From Octopus bimaculoides (lineage: Eukaryota), in assembly GCF_001194135.2 (NCBI RefSeq), contig NC_068981.1:184476602-184540601 (forward strand): a stretch of 64,000 bases of DNA, in the 5' to 3' direction. The position numbers were made by a program, and so were the translations under genes. This document shows positions 11,558 to 25,433 of this stretch, one piece after another; positions within the stretch are counted from its first letter, which is position 1, and each line of letters starts with the position of its first letter. The notes under the pieces were generated by a model. The model searched no databases, was not told the DNA's origin, and saw only the letters and a list, made by a program, of their open reading frames with translations.

Positions 11558-11842
11558 CTGGAAAAGAAACAAAAATAAATAATAAATAAATAATGGGGTC
11601 AACATGAGAAACTTGTTTAAGGATCAATGCAAAACAACACCGAGTGAAGAAAAAAACCGAAAGAAGCAAAACCTATGTTTGCATATATTACATTCAATAA
11701 CAACTGAATAGTGAAAAGTGTGTGTATATATATAAGAGTGTAGACTTGAAATGTCAAAAGACTTCTTCCATTTTCCCTGAGTGTCAAACTAATACACTTT
11801 GTTGTTCCCTTACTTGTCTGTCTTGTTTTTGTATAATTTTAA

Positions 11843-11884
<42 letters not shown>

Positions 11885-12223
11885 ATGCCTAGCAAATATA
11901 GGGTTGATAGCTTAATTATATAACACGATCAGATCAACTGACACAACTGGCTACAAACTGCTTCCCATGTTATTGTGTTTTATGTAATTAAATATACAGA
12001 AAAATGATTGTAACCAATAATATTTATAAGGTTAGGCTTTATTCCTCCTGTTGTTACTCAGAATACTCTCTCTTTACTTGTCTCAGTCATTTGACTGTGG
12101 CCATGCTGGAGCACCACCTTTAGTTGAGCAAACCAACTCCAGAACTTATTCTTTGTAAGCCTAGTACTTATTCTATCGGTCTCTTTTGCCGAACTGCTAA
12201 GTTACAGGGACAGACACACAAAC

Positions 12224-12267
<44 letters not shown>

Positions 12268-15200
12268 TTCAACGGGATTCTTTCAGTTTCCGTCTACCAA
12301 ATCCACTCGCAAGGCTTTGGCCGGCCCGAGGCTACAGTAGAAGACACTTGCCCAAAGTGCCACACAGTGGGACTGAACCCGGAACCATGTGGTTGGTAAG
12401 CAAGCTACTTACCACACAGCCACTCCTGCGCTATTATATTTATTAATTATATAATTATTCAGTGGAATGATACAGAAGTGACTCAAAGGCCCAGAGTTTT
12501 GTATATGGAAAATATCTACACACAGATGCACATGCACTGAATTCTATTTCTCATATTTGTTCCACCAGCCCCTTTTGCTGTTTGTATATGTAATCTTTGT
12601 TTTAACATCCACTTTTCCATGCTTGCATGGGTTGGACACTGATCATCAAGGCAGATTTTCTATGGCTGGCTGCCCTTGTTCCCAGTCCTCACTGCCAATG
12701 TTTCCCCATTGCCAGACATGTTTTCGCAGAAAACTGGGAATAAATGACACTGGTTACATGATGTTGAAACTCATTCACAACCATATGATGGCAAAGACAC
12801 ATGCACACACACCCACGAAGGGCTTTTTGCAGTTTTTATCTACCAAATAGACTCAGAAAACTTTGCTCAGTCTGGGGCTACAGTAAACAACACTTGCCCA
12901 AAGTGCCACACAATGGGACTGACCACCAAACTTTGTAGTTGGGGAGAAAATTACTTAACCCCAAACCATGCTTGCATATGTGTATATGGGTGTGTGTGAA
13001 GTAAGAATTCAGCTGAAAGATTTTTATTAGCACCTGAGCACAGTATGCAATAAGTTTGTTATGAAGCAAGTCTGCAATCTGAAGGAACACTCCGTCGGTT
13101 ATGACGACGAGGGTCCCAGCTGATACGATCAACGGAACAGCTTGCTCATGAAATTAACGTGCAAGTGACTGAGCAATCCACAGACACGTGTACTCCCCCC
13201 AATGTAGTTCTCAGGGAGGCTCAGCGTGACAAGGCTGGCCCTTTGAAATACAGGTACTACTCATTTTTGCCAGCTGAGTGCACTGGAGCAACGTGAAATA
13301 AAGTGTCTTGCTTAAGGGCACAACGCATCGCCAGGAATCAAACTCATGACTGAAAGCCAAATGCCCTAACCACTAAGCTACACACCTTCATCTGCAATCT
13401 AAACATAATTCGAGATGGAAAAATAATATACAGAGAAAAAAGAAAGTAAAGCNNNNNNNNNNNNNNNNNNNNNNNNNNNNNNNNNNNNNNNNNNNNNNNN
13501 NNNNNNNNNNNNNNNNNNNNNNNNNNNNNNNNNNNNNNNNNNNNNNNNNNNNNNNNNNNNNNNNNNNNNNNNNNNNNNNNNNNNNNNNNNNNNNNNNNNN
13601 NNNNNNNNNNNNNNNNNNNNNNNNNNNAAAGGGAGACTGTATGAATTTTGATACCCCTTCTTCCCAATAAATTGAAGTACCGTTTCTCGCATATAGAGGT
13701 TTATTGAAAAACTTACTTCAGAAAGGCTATAATTTTAATTTTCTTTTTTTTTTATAAAAGGAAATAACTGTGAAAGTGGTTTAAATTAAAAGTCTTAAAA
13801 TTTTAATTTATAATGAACACAGAAACAAGGCAGTTGACTCAAATGACCGGTATGAGGGGAGAGAGAGAAAGAGGTAATAATACTTAGCTGATAATAAAAT
13901 AATTATCTTTTTTTTTTTTTTTTTTAAAGTAAAGTATATTCAGAAACCCCACTCCAAATAATAATGACTCAAACTATGTCTTATAACTCTTTATATGTGT
14001 GATACAAGATATAATAGAACTATTACATAATACTTGGTTTCAACAAAATCTAATCATATCTGTGTTAAGATGATATCATTATCATTTAATGTCCATTTTC
14101 CATGCCGGCATGGGTTGGATGGTTTGGCAGGAAAAACCAGACTCCAGTTGCCTTGTTTGGCAAGGTTTCTATGACTAGATATCTTTTCTAACACCAACCA
14201 CTTTACAGAATATACTGGGTGTTTTTTACATGGCCCCAGCATCTTTACTTAGTACTAAAACTACTACATGCTATTGCTACCCCATGTGTGTTTATAACCA
14301 TGAAGTCTGTATTACAGACTAACTTAACTTATCTTACAAAACTCTGAAATTTTTTATATCTATGTATATCTGTGTACAGATACACACACACAACATTAGT
14401 TTCAAGTCTACTTTTCCATATCACAAGCTGGGTGGGTTTTTTGAGGCAGTGTTTCATACCCACAGTCACCTCTTACAACACAGGGACATGGTGTACATAA
14501 AACTGGGACACAGATTGTAAGCTTATAAGAAAGACAGAAAGGGAGGAGAGATAGTAAAAAAGGGTGCCAAGAATACAGAAATGGATTAAGTATGGTTTCA
14601 ATTCCACACCTCTACATTTTTGTGAAGGCTGACTTTACTTTCATTCTTCCATGATCAATTGGGTTGGGTTGCCTATGTTCAGTCCACTGCAGGATGAAGG
14701 CCTCAGCAAGTTCTCACAATAAGCCATGGTCTGATGATCCTACTCTGCAACAATAGCTTGGCATGACTGATAAATGCCATTAATATATTTGGATTTGATA
14801 AATGATAACCTTTCACAGCCAACATTGATCTGGCAATGGTTTAACCATTTAGTATTCAAACTGGCCATATCTAGCCTAAATATTCCACCTGTTTTATGTT
14901 CAAACAAGTCAGATCCAGCCTCTCACACTCACATTTTGAAAATCTCAAAGCTACAAGATAATGCACGATTAATTCAAAACAATATTAATAAATAAGGATG
15001 ACATTTGCCAGAATAATCTGAATAATTAAATGATTAATAATTAATTAAAACTTTCTTATTCCAAACTAAGCTTCCATTAGGTTCAGCTATTTTTTGAAGT
15101 CTGTTAGACAAAATAAAAGTATTAATTAAGCATGAAGGTTTTAAGTAGATTAGACCATACTTAATTCAATAATTATATTTGGCACTAGTAATGAGATCAG

Positions 15201-16158
15201 CTTACAAAGACTATGTACATAGGTGCAGGTGTGGCTTTGTGGTAAGATGTTTGCTTCCCAACCACATGGTTCAAGGTTCAGTCTCACTGAGTGGCACCTT
15301 TGGCAAGTACCTTCTACTATAGCCTCAGGCAGATCAAAGCCTTGAGTAGTGGATTTGGTAGATGGAAGCTGAAAGAAGCCTGCTGTATATGTGTGTCTCT
15401 TACCACCGCTCGACAACTGGTGTTGGTGTGTTTACGTCAACATTGACTTAGTGGTTTGGCAAAAGAGACAGGATAGAATAAGTACCAGGCTTAAAAAAAA
15501 AAAAAAAAAAAAAAAAAGGACTGGGGTTGATTCATTTGACTAAAAATTCTTCAAGGCAATGCCCCAGCATGGTTGCAATCTAATGACTGAAACAAGTAGA
15601 TATTCTTGTAAATCTATAACCAATAATGAAAATGTTTGATTTAAAACATTTAATTATATTTGTTATAAACCAATTTAGGAGGCTCAGTTATTCATTTCAA
15701 ATGATGTTTGAGAGACCAATTATTCCTGTTTAAGAGTTGAACTCAAACTGCCAAAATTAAACTATAGCAGAGATATGACAGCCACTTTCTGCCGAACCTG
15801 AGTGACACAAACAGAATTTTTTAAACCAAATCCACCCAAGACCATCTTTGCTAAATTTAAATGCAGAATTTGGACNNNNNNNNNNNNNNNNNNNNNNNNN
15901 NNNNNNNNNNNNNNNNNNNNNNTTTAAGAGGAAAACTTTTGTTTCTTATTGGTTTTTGTTAAGTTGATAGTTTCCTTAATTGTCTTTTACTCGTTTCAGC
16001 CATTAGACCGTGACTATGCCGGGGCACTATTTTGAAGAATTTTCAAACAAATGGATCCCAGTACTTATCCTACCTATCTCTTTTCTGCTGAACCACTAAG
16101 TTATGGGGACGAAAACACACTCAGACTGGAGGTCAAGCAGTGGCAGGGGACAAATACA

Positions 16159-16196
<38 letters not shown>

Positions 16197-18298
16197 TACA
16201 CACACACACACACACACACAGATGAGCAGTTACACACAAACACACAACGGGCTTCCTTCAGTTTCCATTTACCAAGTCCACTCACAAGGCTTTGGTTGAC
16301 CTGAGGTTATAGTAGAAGACACATGCCCAAGGTGCCATGCAGTGGGACTGAACCCAAAAGCGTGTGATTGAGAATGAAACCTCTTATGTCTATACTCTTA
16401 TAGCAATTAATCATTTGGAGAATTTAAATATCTCAAGGCAGTGCAAACGGAACCGTCTGAAACAGGAATTTGCTCAAGGAAGAAAGAAGTCCAAGCAGGG
16501 CATGTAGAGAGCCAATGCCCTCAACTTATTCTGCTTGCTGCTTCTTTCTGGCTTACACAAGTTGTGCTTTAGCCCCTAAGTCAGCCTTCATTAAGTAGAT
16601 CTACGTTGAAAAATTTAAGAAAAACAACAGTTCATTTAGTAATGCAATGGCTCTGAGGATAGAGTACTTAAAGGGCTCCAGTCAAACAAGTCTGTTGCTT
16701 GTTAAGACATTGAGCTGGCCTTTACTGTCAAGTTGAATAACAGATACTGCTCAGAGAGTCAAGTTGTTATTACTAGTTGTAGCATAAGCTCAAGTTATTA
16801 AAAGACCCCCAAGATTACAAGTTCTATCATTCATATGACTTTTGCAATAAACACACACAATCCACTTCATCATCATTTTGTCCACTTTTCCATGCTGGCA
16901 CTAGTTGGACAGCTTGCCATGGATCAATTCGGCACTAACTAAAATTACTTCTTAGACAAGTTGGGACCCACATCTCATTCGTACGTTACATATTTGGCAT
17001 GTTTTTCTATGGCTGGATGCCTTATCTATCACAAGCCATATTACAGAGTGTACTGGGTACATTTTATCATGGCGCCAGCACTAGAGAAGTTGTCATGTCG
17101 TTGACAAAGCTAAAGACTCTTGTCTATCCTACATTTTCTTCATTCTATTGTTAACCACTTCAGAAAGTGCTGGATGTGTTTTTATCATGGTATCAGCATG
17201 AGAGAAGTTGCCGTGTTCTCAAGCATGACTAAAGAGACTTCCCTAACTTATGTTATCTCCAATATTACCAACACCAGAAGATCATCTTGTCTCTGGTGGA
17301 CAGAAAAAGAGAGAGAGAAACGAAATATAACCTAAGTGAGAGGGTAATGGAAGAGAACCAGAGTGACAGGGAGCTACATAAGGGTTGTTGGCAACGAGAT
17401 TGGATAGGAAAAACATGGGTGGTGAGATGGATGAAGGGAGTGATAGGAGGGAGATAGTGTGTCAGATGACGAAGTACTGACAGTGAGGGAGATGTTAAGA
17501 ATGTAAGTAATAGAGTGAAATTCAGTGACGAATGTGGATGAGAGATACAGAAGAGTGAGAGTGGTGATTAGCAATAAAGGAAGGACAACGATAGAGATAT
17601 GGTGACAAAAAAGAGACACATTGATAAAGAAGTGAGTGGTAGAGGAGAGCAGTATATGGATGGAGACTCAATATGAACATAACAGTCAGGAGAGACCTAA
17701 GTGTTCATGTATATCTCAATGTTCACCACTAGCACAATTTTTATGCTAGTTTTTCTTGCATCTGCCGTGGCAGAAGTATGTATATGTAAATAATAACATA
17801 AGATTGCCGTCCCATACCACACTACACTGGATACTGGAGCAAGCCTGATCTGTGGCTATGTATTGTGCTTCACAACCTTTATTTGATATATATATATAGT
17901 CAATTCAAATAAATGAATAAAAAAATGAACGAGGACAAGCACAAGAAATGTATTAGTTTGACACTTAGTGAAAGGAGAGAGCCTAACATTCTGAGCAGAG
18001 CTCTTCATCGGAAAGGAGAATGGGAAAAGTCCAAAGATGGAAAAGAAATTGCCAACCGCAGACATGTAATTANNNNNNNNNNNNNNNNNNNNNNNNNNNN
18101 NNNNNNNNNNNNNNNNNNNNNNNNNNNNNNNNNNNNNNNNNNNNNNNNNNNNNNNNNNNNNNNNNNNNNNNNNNNNNNNNNNNNNNNNNNNNNNNNNNNN
18201 NNNNNNNNNNNNNNNNNNNNNNNNNNNNNNNNNNNNNNNNNNNNNNNNNNNNNNNNNNNNNNNNNNNNNNNNNNNNNNNNNNNNNNNNNNNNNGTAAA

Positions 18299-18453
18299 AT
18301 TTCCACTTATTTCTTATTTTAATTTTCCTAAAATTTTCGTTGCGTCTTGCAACCTTTTCAATAGTCTTGACTGTCCGTTATTTCAAGACTATTGATAAGG
18401 TTGCAAGACGCAACGAAAATTTTAGGAAAATAAAAAGAAAGATAAGTGGAAAT
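18299..18453. repeat. Foldback palindrome (~70-bp arms, 12-nt loop)
   Basis: ...aaaattttcgttgcgtcttgcaaccttttcaatagtcttga [ctgtccgttatt] tcaagactattgataaggttgcaagacgcaacgaaaatttt... Confidence 0.92.
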
Positions 18454-19584
18454 CTTAACGGTAAGTGTGTTAAATTTTAAGGCACAATAAGAAAATGACT
18501 CTCCCCAGACACCACAGAATATGCTTCAACACACGAAATCACAAAAAAGTCTTGCAAACCAAATCCAAAAACGAAATATATATATATATAAAGTTGAAAA
18601 AAAAAATCCATACAAATCCAAGTAGATAGTTAAAAAGTTAAAGTGGAAGCAGCATGAAAGTGTGTTTGAAGATTTTTTTTTATATTTGTTGCATTGACTT
18701 TTATAAAATATTACCACTTTCAATATGTCTATCTTATCAAATATTAAAAATTCAAAGTTAAAAGTTAGGAAATAACAAAAAATTGGAAGAAATTTGTTCA
18801 TATTTTGTGCGTCGTTAAGAACGTGTTTAGTGTATATAGACACGCACACTCCTCTCTTTGTCTAACATACACATGCTGATGTATGAGATTTCAATACTTA
18901 ACAACACTTAAGAAAGTGATCTCATGAATCTTCAAATTTTTTAAGAACTGGAAAATGTAGGCAACACAGATAAAATTAGTCAGAGAAAGCTGGAGGAGCA
19001 ACAGTAGTGTTGATGGCACAAATCAAGTTTCTTAAAGATGTTCATCATTTAACTTTGTATCTTTTAAACTTCCTTGCTTCTTGAAATAAATTTAACAAGT
19101 ACCACTTACAGACTATAAGCAGTACCCCAACTATAAGGGTTTGTTACTTAAAATAAATCTGAGAAAAAAAAAAATCAAAATAAAACCTCCATTTCATATA
19201 GAACCAACTGTAGTTTAGTAAAAGAGAAAAAAAAAATTATAATTCCTAAAAGGAAAAATGTTGATATCATTTCTTGAGAGTAAGCCATTTCTTTCTGTTT
19301 TTGGTTAAGACCAAAAGTAAAATTTTTAAAAGAACAATTGTGGTATATGATACAGAATATCAGAAAATTTAGCTTGTGTTTTCTAATCTAATTAGCAATA
19401 TATTTGAAGAAAAAGCAATTTTTAAATAATTAAGAATTATTTTATTATTGAGAACAGTTATTAATAACTCTAATGATTTTTTTTTTTATGATTTAAAGAG
19501 GCTTTTAGAAATTCTCCCAAACTGAACTGAGCACTGATTTATAAACAGGCTCTGGGAATTTTAAAAACATGTTATATTGTTGGG

Positions 19585-19835
19585 CATTCACTCTGCTGGG
19601 CTTGGAGTTTCTGGTGCAGCAAAGAGAAGGGTTATAAATTCCTATTACTGAAGCTGTAGAGAAGGCCATAAGGTGGTTTTGGATAAAGAGGGCTAACCAG
19701 TGGTCCTGCAGCTATTAGGATGCAAGCTGGAGCTTGATCTACTCTGGGTGGATCAGTTGGATGAAGAGTCTGATGTTGAAAGACATGAAGCCCCAAGGGC
19801 CCCAGAAACATCACAAATGATACATCCCAGAGCAT
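19585..19835 (+). mobile_element. 3' end fragment of a HERO-like (RLE-type) non-LTR retrotransposon
   Basis: LGVSGAAKRRVIN / ITEAVEKAIRWFWIKR, followed by a 3' UTR containing gatgttgaaagac...ccccagaaacatcac...gat. Matches my recollection of HERO C-termini (EAAERASRWLWIKR). Confidence 0.65.
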
Positions 19836-20437
19836 CTTTGAGATGTGTCTTAGAATTATGTATTAAAAACCACAAAAAAATTAAGTTTTAATAGAGTAGC
19901 AGAAGTTTAGTTGGAAAAGATTGAAGGGTAGGGACATGAGAAATAGTTTACTCATAAATCCCAAGATTTTAAAAATGTTAAAAAGATGTTAAAAATAAAG
20001 ACCATTATTTGAATAATCAAATAAACTAGAAATTTATCTTAATTACTTAATTAGTTTTGATGTTCTTACCTTAAATATTTTTCATATCAATTTCATATTA
20101 CATCTCTTCTCGCTGGTATATTTTACATTTAAAGTCTGCGCATACAGTACTCCTATGCTAAAGTTCTCTTACTGCTTACCTAACACTATCTCACAAAGTT
20201 TAAAAATGACAATGACAGGGTGAGCACTCCTATTCACCTCAATATTTTATTTCACATAAACTATTACACATCTGGTGCTATTATTTGAAATATGTCCTTA
20301 GTAGAGGGTAGAGTAAGTATCCAACCGAGAAATTTACCCTAATCAAACATTTAAATTACTCTCAGATTCAAGTTTTATAATGGCTATTACAACAGCTGTT
20401 GACACCAACATTTAAATAAAAAAATAATAGTTTTTAC

Positions 20438-20480
20438 CTGTCCTAGTGGTTGTGGTCCCTGTCATCTGGTAAGAACTCAT
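20438..20480 (-). CDS. CTNNB1: Beta-catenin, first coding exon (E2; whole exon 20438-20501). MSSYQMTGTTTTRT plus the first base of V
   Basis: Minus strand reads ttttcctttcag|aaccactggtgtatttcaaagATGAGTTCTTACCAG...AGGACAG|gtaaaa. The 43-nt CDS ends in phase 1 and joins G|TG AGC CAC of the next exon. Resembles the fly Arm start MSYMPAQNRTMSH. Missed by the ORF track. Confidence 0.85.
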
Positions 20481-23027
20481 CTTTGAAATACACCAGTGGT
20501 TCTGAAAGGAAAATAGAGAAGAAAAAAATAAGCATTTTTAATAGGTTTATAATTAACATCATAATATTATAGAGTGCAAGTACAACAAAAGCTTTTTAAC
20601 AAAAGGTGTGTACCATAACTGGGTCTACCATAGTTTTTCTTTTTCTTTTTTACATGCTAGAATTGGTTTAGATGTATATTTATTTGAGGTATATTTTACA
20701 GCCAAATGTCCCTCCTGTTGTCAACTCTTATCTGTTCTGCAAGCAAGATAAATTTTTTTTATATTACAATGGTCTTCAAAAAATTAAGCCACTATTTGTT
20801 TCAGGTAGAAGCCTATGAAATTTCTTAGTAGTTGTTGAGACTTTAGAAATTCTTACAGCCAAAAGACAAAAAGACTGGACATTTGAATACAAAAAAAAAA
20901 AAAAAATTATAACTATACAGTGAAATCTATGAAAACAGACAGACACGATTTACAATCTGTCTACATTAGATGAAAGGCAAGTATTGTTTGCATAAAGCCC
21001 AGAAATTTGCTTTATTATTAAGAACAAAATTATTTTGAAGTTTAAAAGCAAGATACATATAATACAAGATTACAGTGGATTAGGATTTGAAGAAGGTATA
21101 AACCGAGCAAAGGAATAGTTAGGACTTCTATTTATTTTACTGAGCAGAAAAGAAAGGCTAAATTAATTATGATAAAGCACCAAACTGAATCAGAAGACTT
21201 CTTGCTAGCATTCTAAATAGTGAGGTAAACTATTTTGCTGTTTCATTATCTAAAATTAAGCAGTCTTTCCTAATACATCACCGTTACATTATTTTTTCCA
21301 CCAGTATTCACTCTTGAGAATTTCAAAACTCCACAAATAAGTCTAAAACAAAAATCCCAGGCCATAATGTTCAGTCAAGAAAGCTTATTGACCCCCCCCC
21401 ATACCACTTAGACTTTCACAGATTAACACACACACACATCATCATCATTTAATGTCTGTTGTCCATGCTGGCATGGGCTGGATGGCTTGACCAGGCTGGC
21501 ACGCTGGAAGGCTGCACCAGACTCCAGTCTGAATTGGCATGGTTTTCTACGGCTGGATGCCCTTCCTAACACCAACCACTCCGAAAGTCTAACGAGTGCT
21601 TTTATGTGCCACCGACATGGGTGCCATTTGCATGACACCAGGGTGCTTTTATATGCCACCGGAACGGGTGCCAGTTGCATGATAAGCATGCAGGTCATGT
21701 TCTAGTTCTTTGAAATACTAACTAGTCACAGAATGAAATGGGGTTACCATTATTCTTATGGTACATAGAAACATGTGAGAAATGACCAAACACTTGAGAT
21801 CAGTTCAGGCTTCCCTCCTATGTGACTTTTATAGCTAATAAGTTATCATCATTTAATGTCCACTTTTCCATGCTCGCATTGGCTGGACAGAATTTGTTGA
21901 GGCAGATTTTCTATGGTTGGATGACGTTACTGTTGTCGGTCCTCACCTGTTTCCAAGTAAGATGTGGAAGACTGGAAGCGTACTTACATTGCTTGTGTGA
22001 AGCTGATGCACATTTGCAACCATCATGTGATGTCTAAACAAAGGCGCATGCATGCACGCACACACACACACACACACACTATACAACAGGTTTCTTTCAC
22101 TTTCTGTTTATCAAATCCACTCAGAAGGCTTTGGTCAGCCTAGGGCTATAGCAAAAGACACTTGCCCAAAGTGCTATGCTTGCACTTAGTGGTGGAGAAT
22201 TCGCTACTGTACAACTTACACCTGATAAAGAGTATATTTGCTATGCAACCGACTGAAAAAGGCTGGAATTGTATAACACTTATGTTGTTTAAGAGAGGCT
22301 GAGAGAGTGACTAATTTGAAGGAGTTTAATAATAACTCGTAACTTGTTTATTTATTGGATCTTTTAATTTGATGCTTTGGAAAGTTTGAATACATAAAGG
22401 TTCTTCGATAAAAGAGAATTTCTACCTATGCATTGCTTTATCTGCCTTAATCCTTCAGGTTCACCATATGGGAGCTTATCAGGATTTTTCAAAAGGTTTA
22501 GGGCTGAGAGTACAAGACTAAACAGGATATCTGTTTGTTGCAGGATTAACTCAAGTGCCATTGGTACTCATTATCTGCATAAGTGTACTATGGCATCCTC
22601 CAGTCAGAGAATTGAACCTGTGATCTTAATAATTGTGAGTTCAATCCTAAGCACTAGGTCAATCATCTTCACATAGTGCATTATACTTTATTATATGAGA
22701 TTTCAGCCTAAATAAGGACACTTAAAAATACAATTGGTTTTGAGTGGTTTGGTAAAATGAGACCAAGAAGAGCGTTAGGCTGGTTAGAATGGGATGGGTA
22801 ATTAAAGCAGAAAAAAAATATTAATATGGTTCAAAAATATACAAAAATCAGAGACAGGTGAAAGAACAGGAAATGGGGTGTATCAGTTTGATGCTGAAAA
22901 ACAAAAATCTTTGAATGTTTTGATCCTATGCTCTTCTACAGAGAAAAAAAATATGAGGAGAGAAAACAGATGGAGAGAGAAAAAAAAAAAGGTGTCTGAA
23001 TTAACAGTGCTTCATGTTTGGATAATA

Positions 23028-24306
23028 TTGGGTCATCCCATAAATAAAGCAGTTTTTTCAATTGCATGAACTAAAAGTTGGAGGGGGACGGGATAAACTA
23101 CCAGCATCAACTTGCTATAAAAGCAGGTAGTAATTTTACCTTGTCTTTATTCTTAGTGCAAGTTTTGAAGAGTGCAGTTCGATTTTAACAGTTATTTTTT
23201 CAAAGCTATAATGGAAGTAACAAAGGAGCATATTCGGCATATTTTGCTTTACAAGTTCAATAAAGGCAACAACGCAATGGAAAGTGTGAGGAATATTAAC
23301 GCAGTATATGGGGATTGGACAATAAGTCAGTGTCAATGGTGGTTCCAGAAATTCTGGTGGTCCCGGAAACTACGGCCTAGAAGACGAGCCTTGTCCTGGA
23401 AGATCTGTAGAACTCGATGTGGATGTCCTGCAAACCCTGGTGGAACGAAATCCCATCGTAACTGTTGAGGAACTAGCAGAGAAGCTTAGATCTGGTCATT
23501 CAACCATTCATTGACACCTGCATGCCATCGGAAAAGTCAGCAAATAGGGCCAATGGGTTCCTCAAACTTTCCGAGTCTAATCACAAGTAGAATAAATGTA
23601 TGCTTTTCTTTGCTGTCGCGTCTCATGAATGAACCTTTTTTTGGATTGAATAGTGGCTGGTGATGAGAAATGGGTTCTCTATAAAACTGTCAAGTGCCAA
23701 AGATAGTGGGTGGGGGAAGGAGAATCACTGGCACCCCAGGCTAAGAAGGTCTTCACCCATGTAAGGTGTTGGTATCTGTTTTGTGGAATATGAAAGGTGT
23801 AGTCCACTTTGATCTTTTAAACCCGAACCAAATGATAAAGGAGATCTACTGTGAGCAGCCTGAGTGGCTTAAATCAGTGCCAGAAGAAAAATTACTATCT
23901 TTGGCTTCAAGACGAAAGGTGTTCTTCCGTCAGGATAATGCTCAGCCACATACAGTGAGAATGACATTCCAAAGGCTGCAGCAGTTTGAATGGGAACCAA
24001 TGTCCCACCCACCATATTCGCTGGACATTGTCCCATCTGATTATCATTTATTCTGCAGTCTTCAAAATCATTTGGACAGAAAAAATATAAATTCTGTAGA
24101 CAAGATCAGAACAGTACTTGGAGGAGTATTTTTCATCATGGACAAGTGAATTTTGGAAGAGGGGCCTTGCAAGTCTACCAGATAACTGGAAGAGCATTGT
24201 AGAAAATGAAGGAGAGTATATTTTAGATTAAAAAAGAACATTGTTTATCTTAATTCTGAAAAATGAAAGAAGTATAAAAAACCGCATTATTTATGGGACG
24301 ACCCAA
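23028..24306 (+). mobile_element. Full-length decayed mariner (DD34D) DNA transposon, ~1.28 kb
   Basis: TIRs ttgggtcatcccataaataaagc and gcattatttatgggacgacccaa, each flanked by TA. Remnants MEVTKEHIRHILLY, VAGDEKW and QDNAQPH-(34 aa)-SDYHLF. Frameshifts and stops present. Confidence 0.93.
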
Positions 24307-25379
24307 TATAATGGAGTTTTAACAGTCACATTAAATGAAGTCAAATTTTCACGAGGCAATTAATTCTCTTTCATTAACTGAAGATTATTAAGGTAAAATT
24401 CACAAAATACTTTCCAAAAAAGTTGGAAAATGCACCATTGATATAAACTGCAAAACCTCATGTTAGAAATATAAACATGCATTTATAGCATGTTTATAGC
24501 AGCATTTCTTGAACACTAAACAGTGGTGTTCAGTGTCAAGTAAAACTATTGTGAACCAAAGAAATTGAAATAATAATTTTTTTCCTTTACTGTTTTAATT
24601 CACATTGGGGTATCATCACCTTTGTTGCAGTTGATTATACCTGCCCCTGTACTTTGGTATTTATTTTTATTAAAATATAAATAAGCACCTGATAAGTATT
24701 TTCATCTTGGAGGATAAGAGGCCAAGTCAACAGCGTAAAAGGAGGTAAAGCTAAATGGATCATAATGCCACAAAGATATTTTCATTTGAAGCATCAACAT
24801 CCCATGGCACTAACACACACACACACACATCTGACACTTCCACCCCAGAAAAGGATGAAAGGCGATGTCAACTGAGGCAAGCTAGATGGATTGTAATACC
24901 ACAGTTGATGCTTCAACATCCCATGCCAATAATAGAAACACAGTTATACACACACGCATCTCTCACAGGCCTTTGCAAAAACTTATGTGCACCGAATATC
25001 ACTTAGCCAAGGTGATGGCATAGTATTGAACTGGGACCACATAGTTAAAAACTTAATTACATCTATGCCTGCACGCGTTATATTCTATATTCTCAAGCAA
25101 TTTGAGAAAGTAACCCTCCCCTTAAAGTTTGTTTCAAACCTGCCTGTTTACAGACAAATGTTGAAAACATAATTAATCAATGTGAACAAATAAAAAACAA
25201 GCATGAAAGTTGATAAAAGGTGTTCATTCTTAAGAATGAAGACGAAAATAAAAACAAAAAATAAACCTCTTAGAATTATTAACGAAAAGAAGTAAAATAA
25301 ATAAATGAACAGTAATACATCAAAAGTCATTTGTGAAGGTTGCTTTCTCTTGAAATGTTAATAAAAGTGTAAAAAAAAG

Positions 25380-25433
<54 letters not shown>

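Noticed and set aside
17330-17700. Strongly purine-skewed stretch
   Set aside because: Looks like a degenerate (GA)-rich simple repeat, with no ORF or unit structure.
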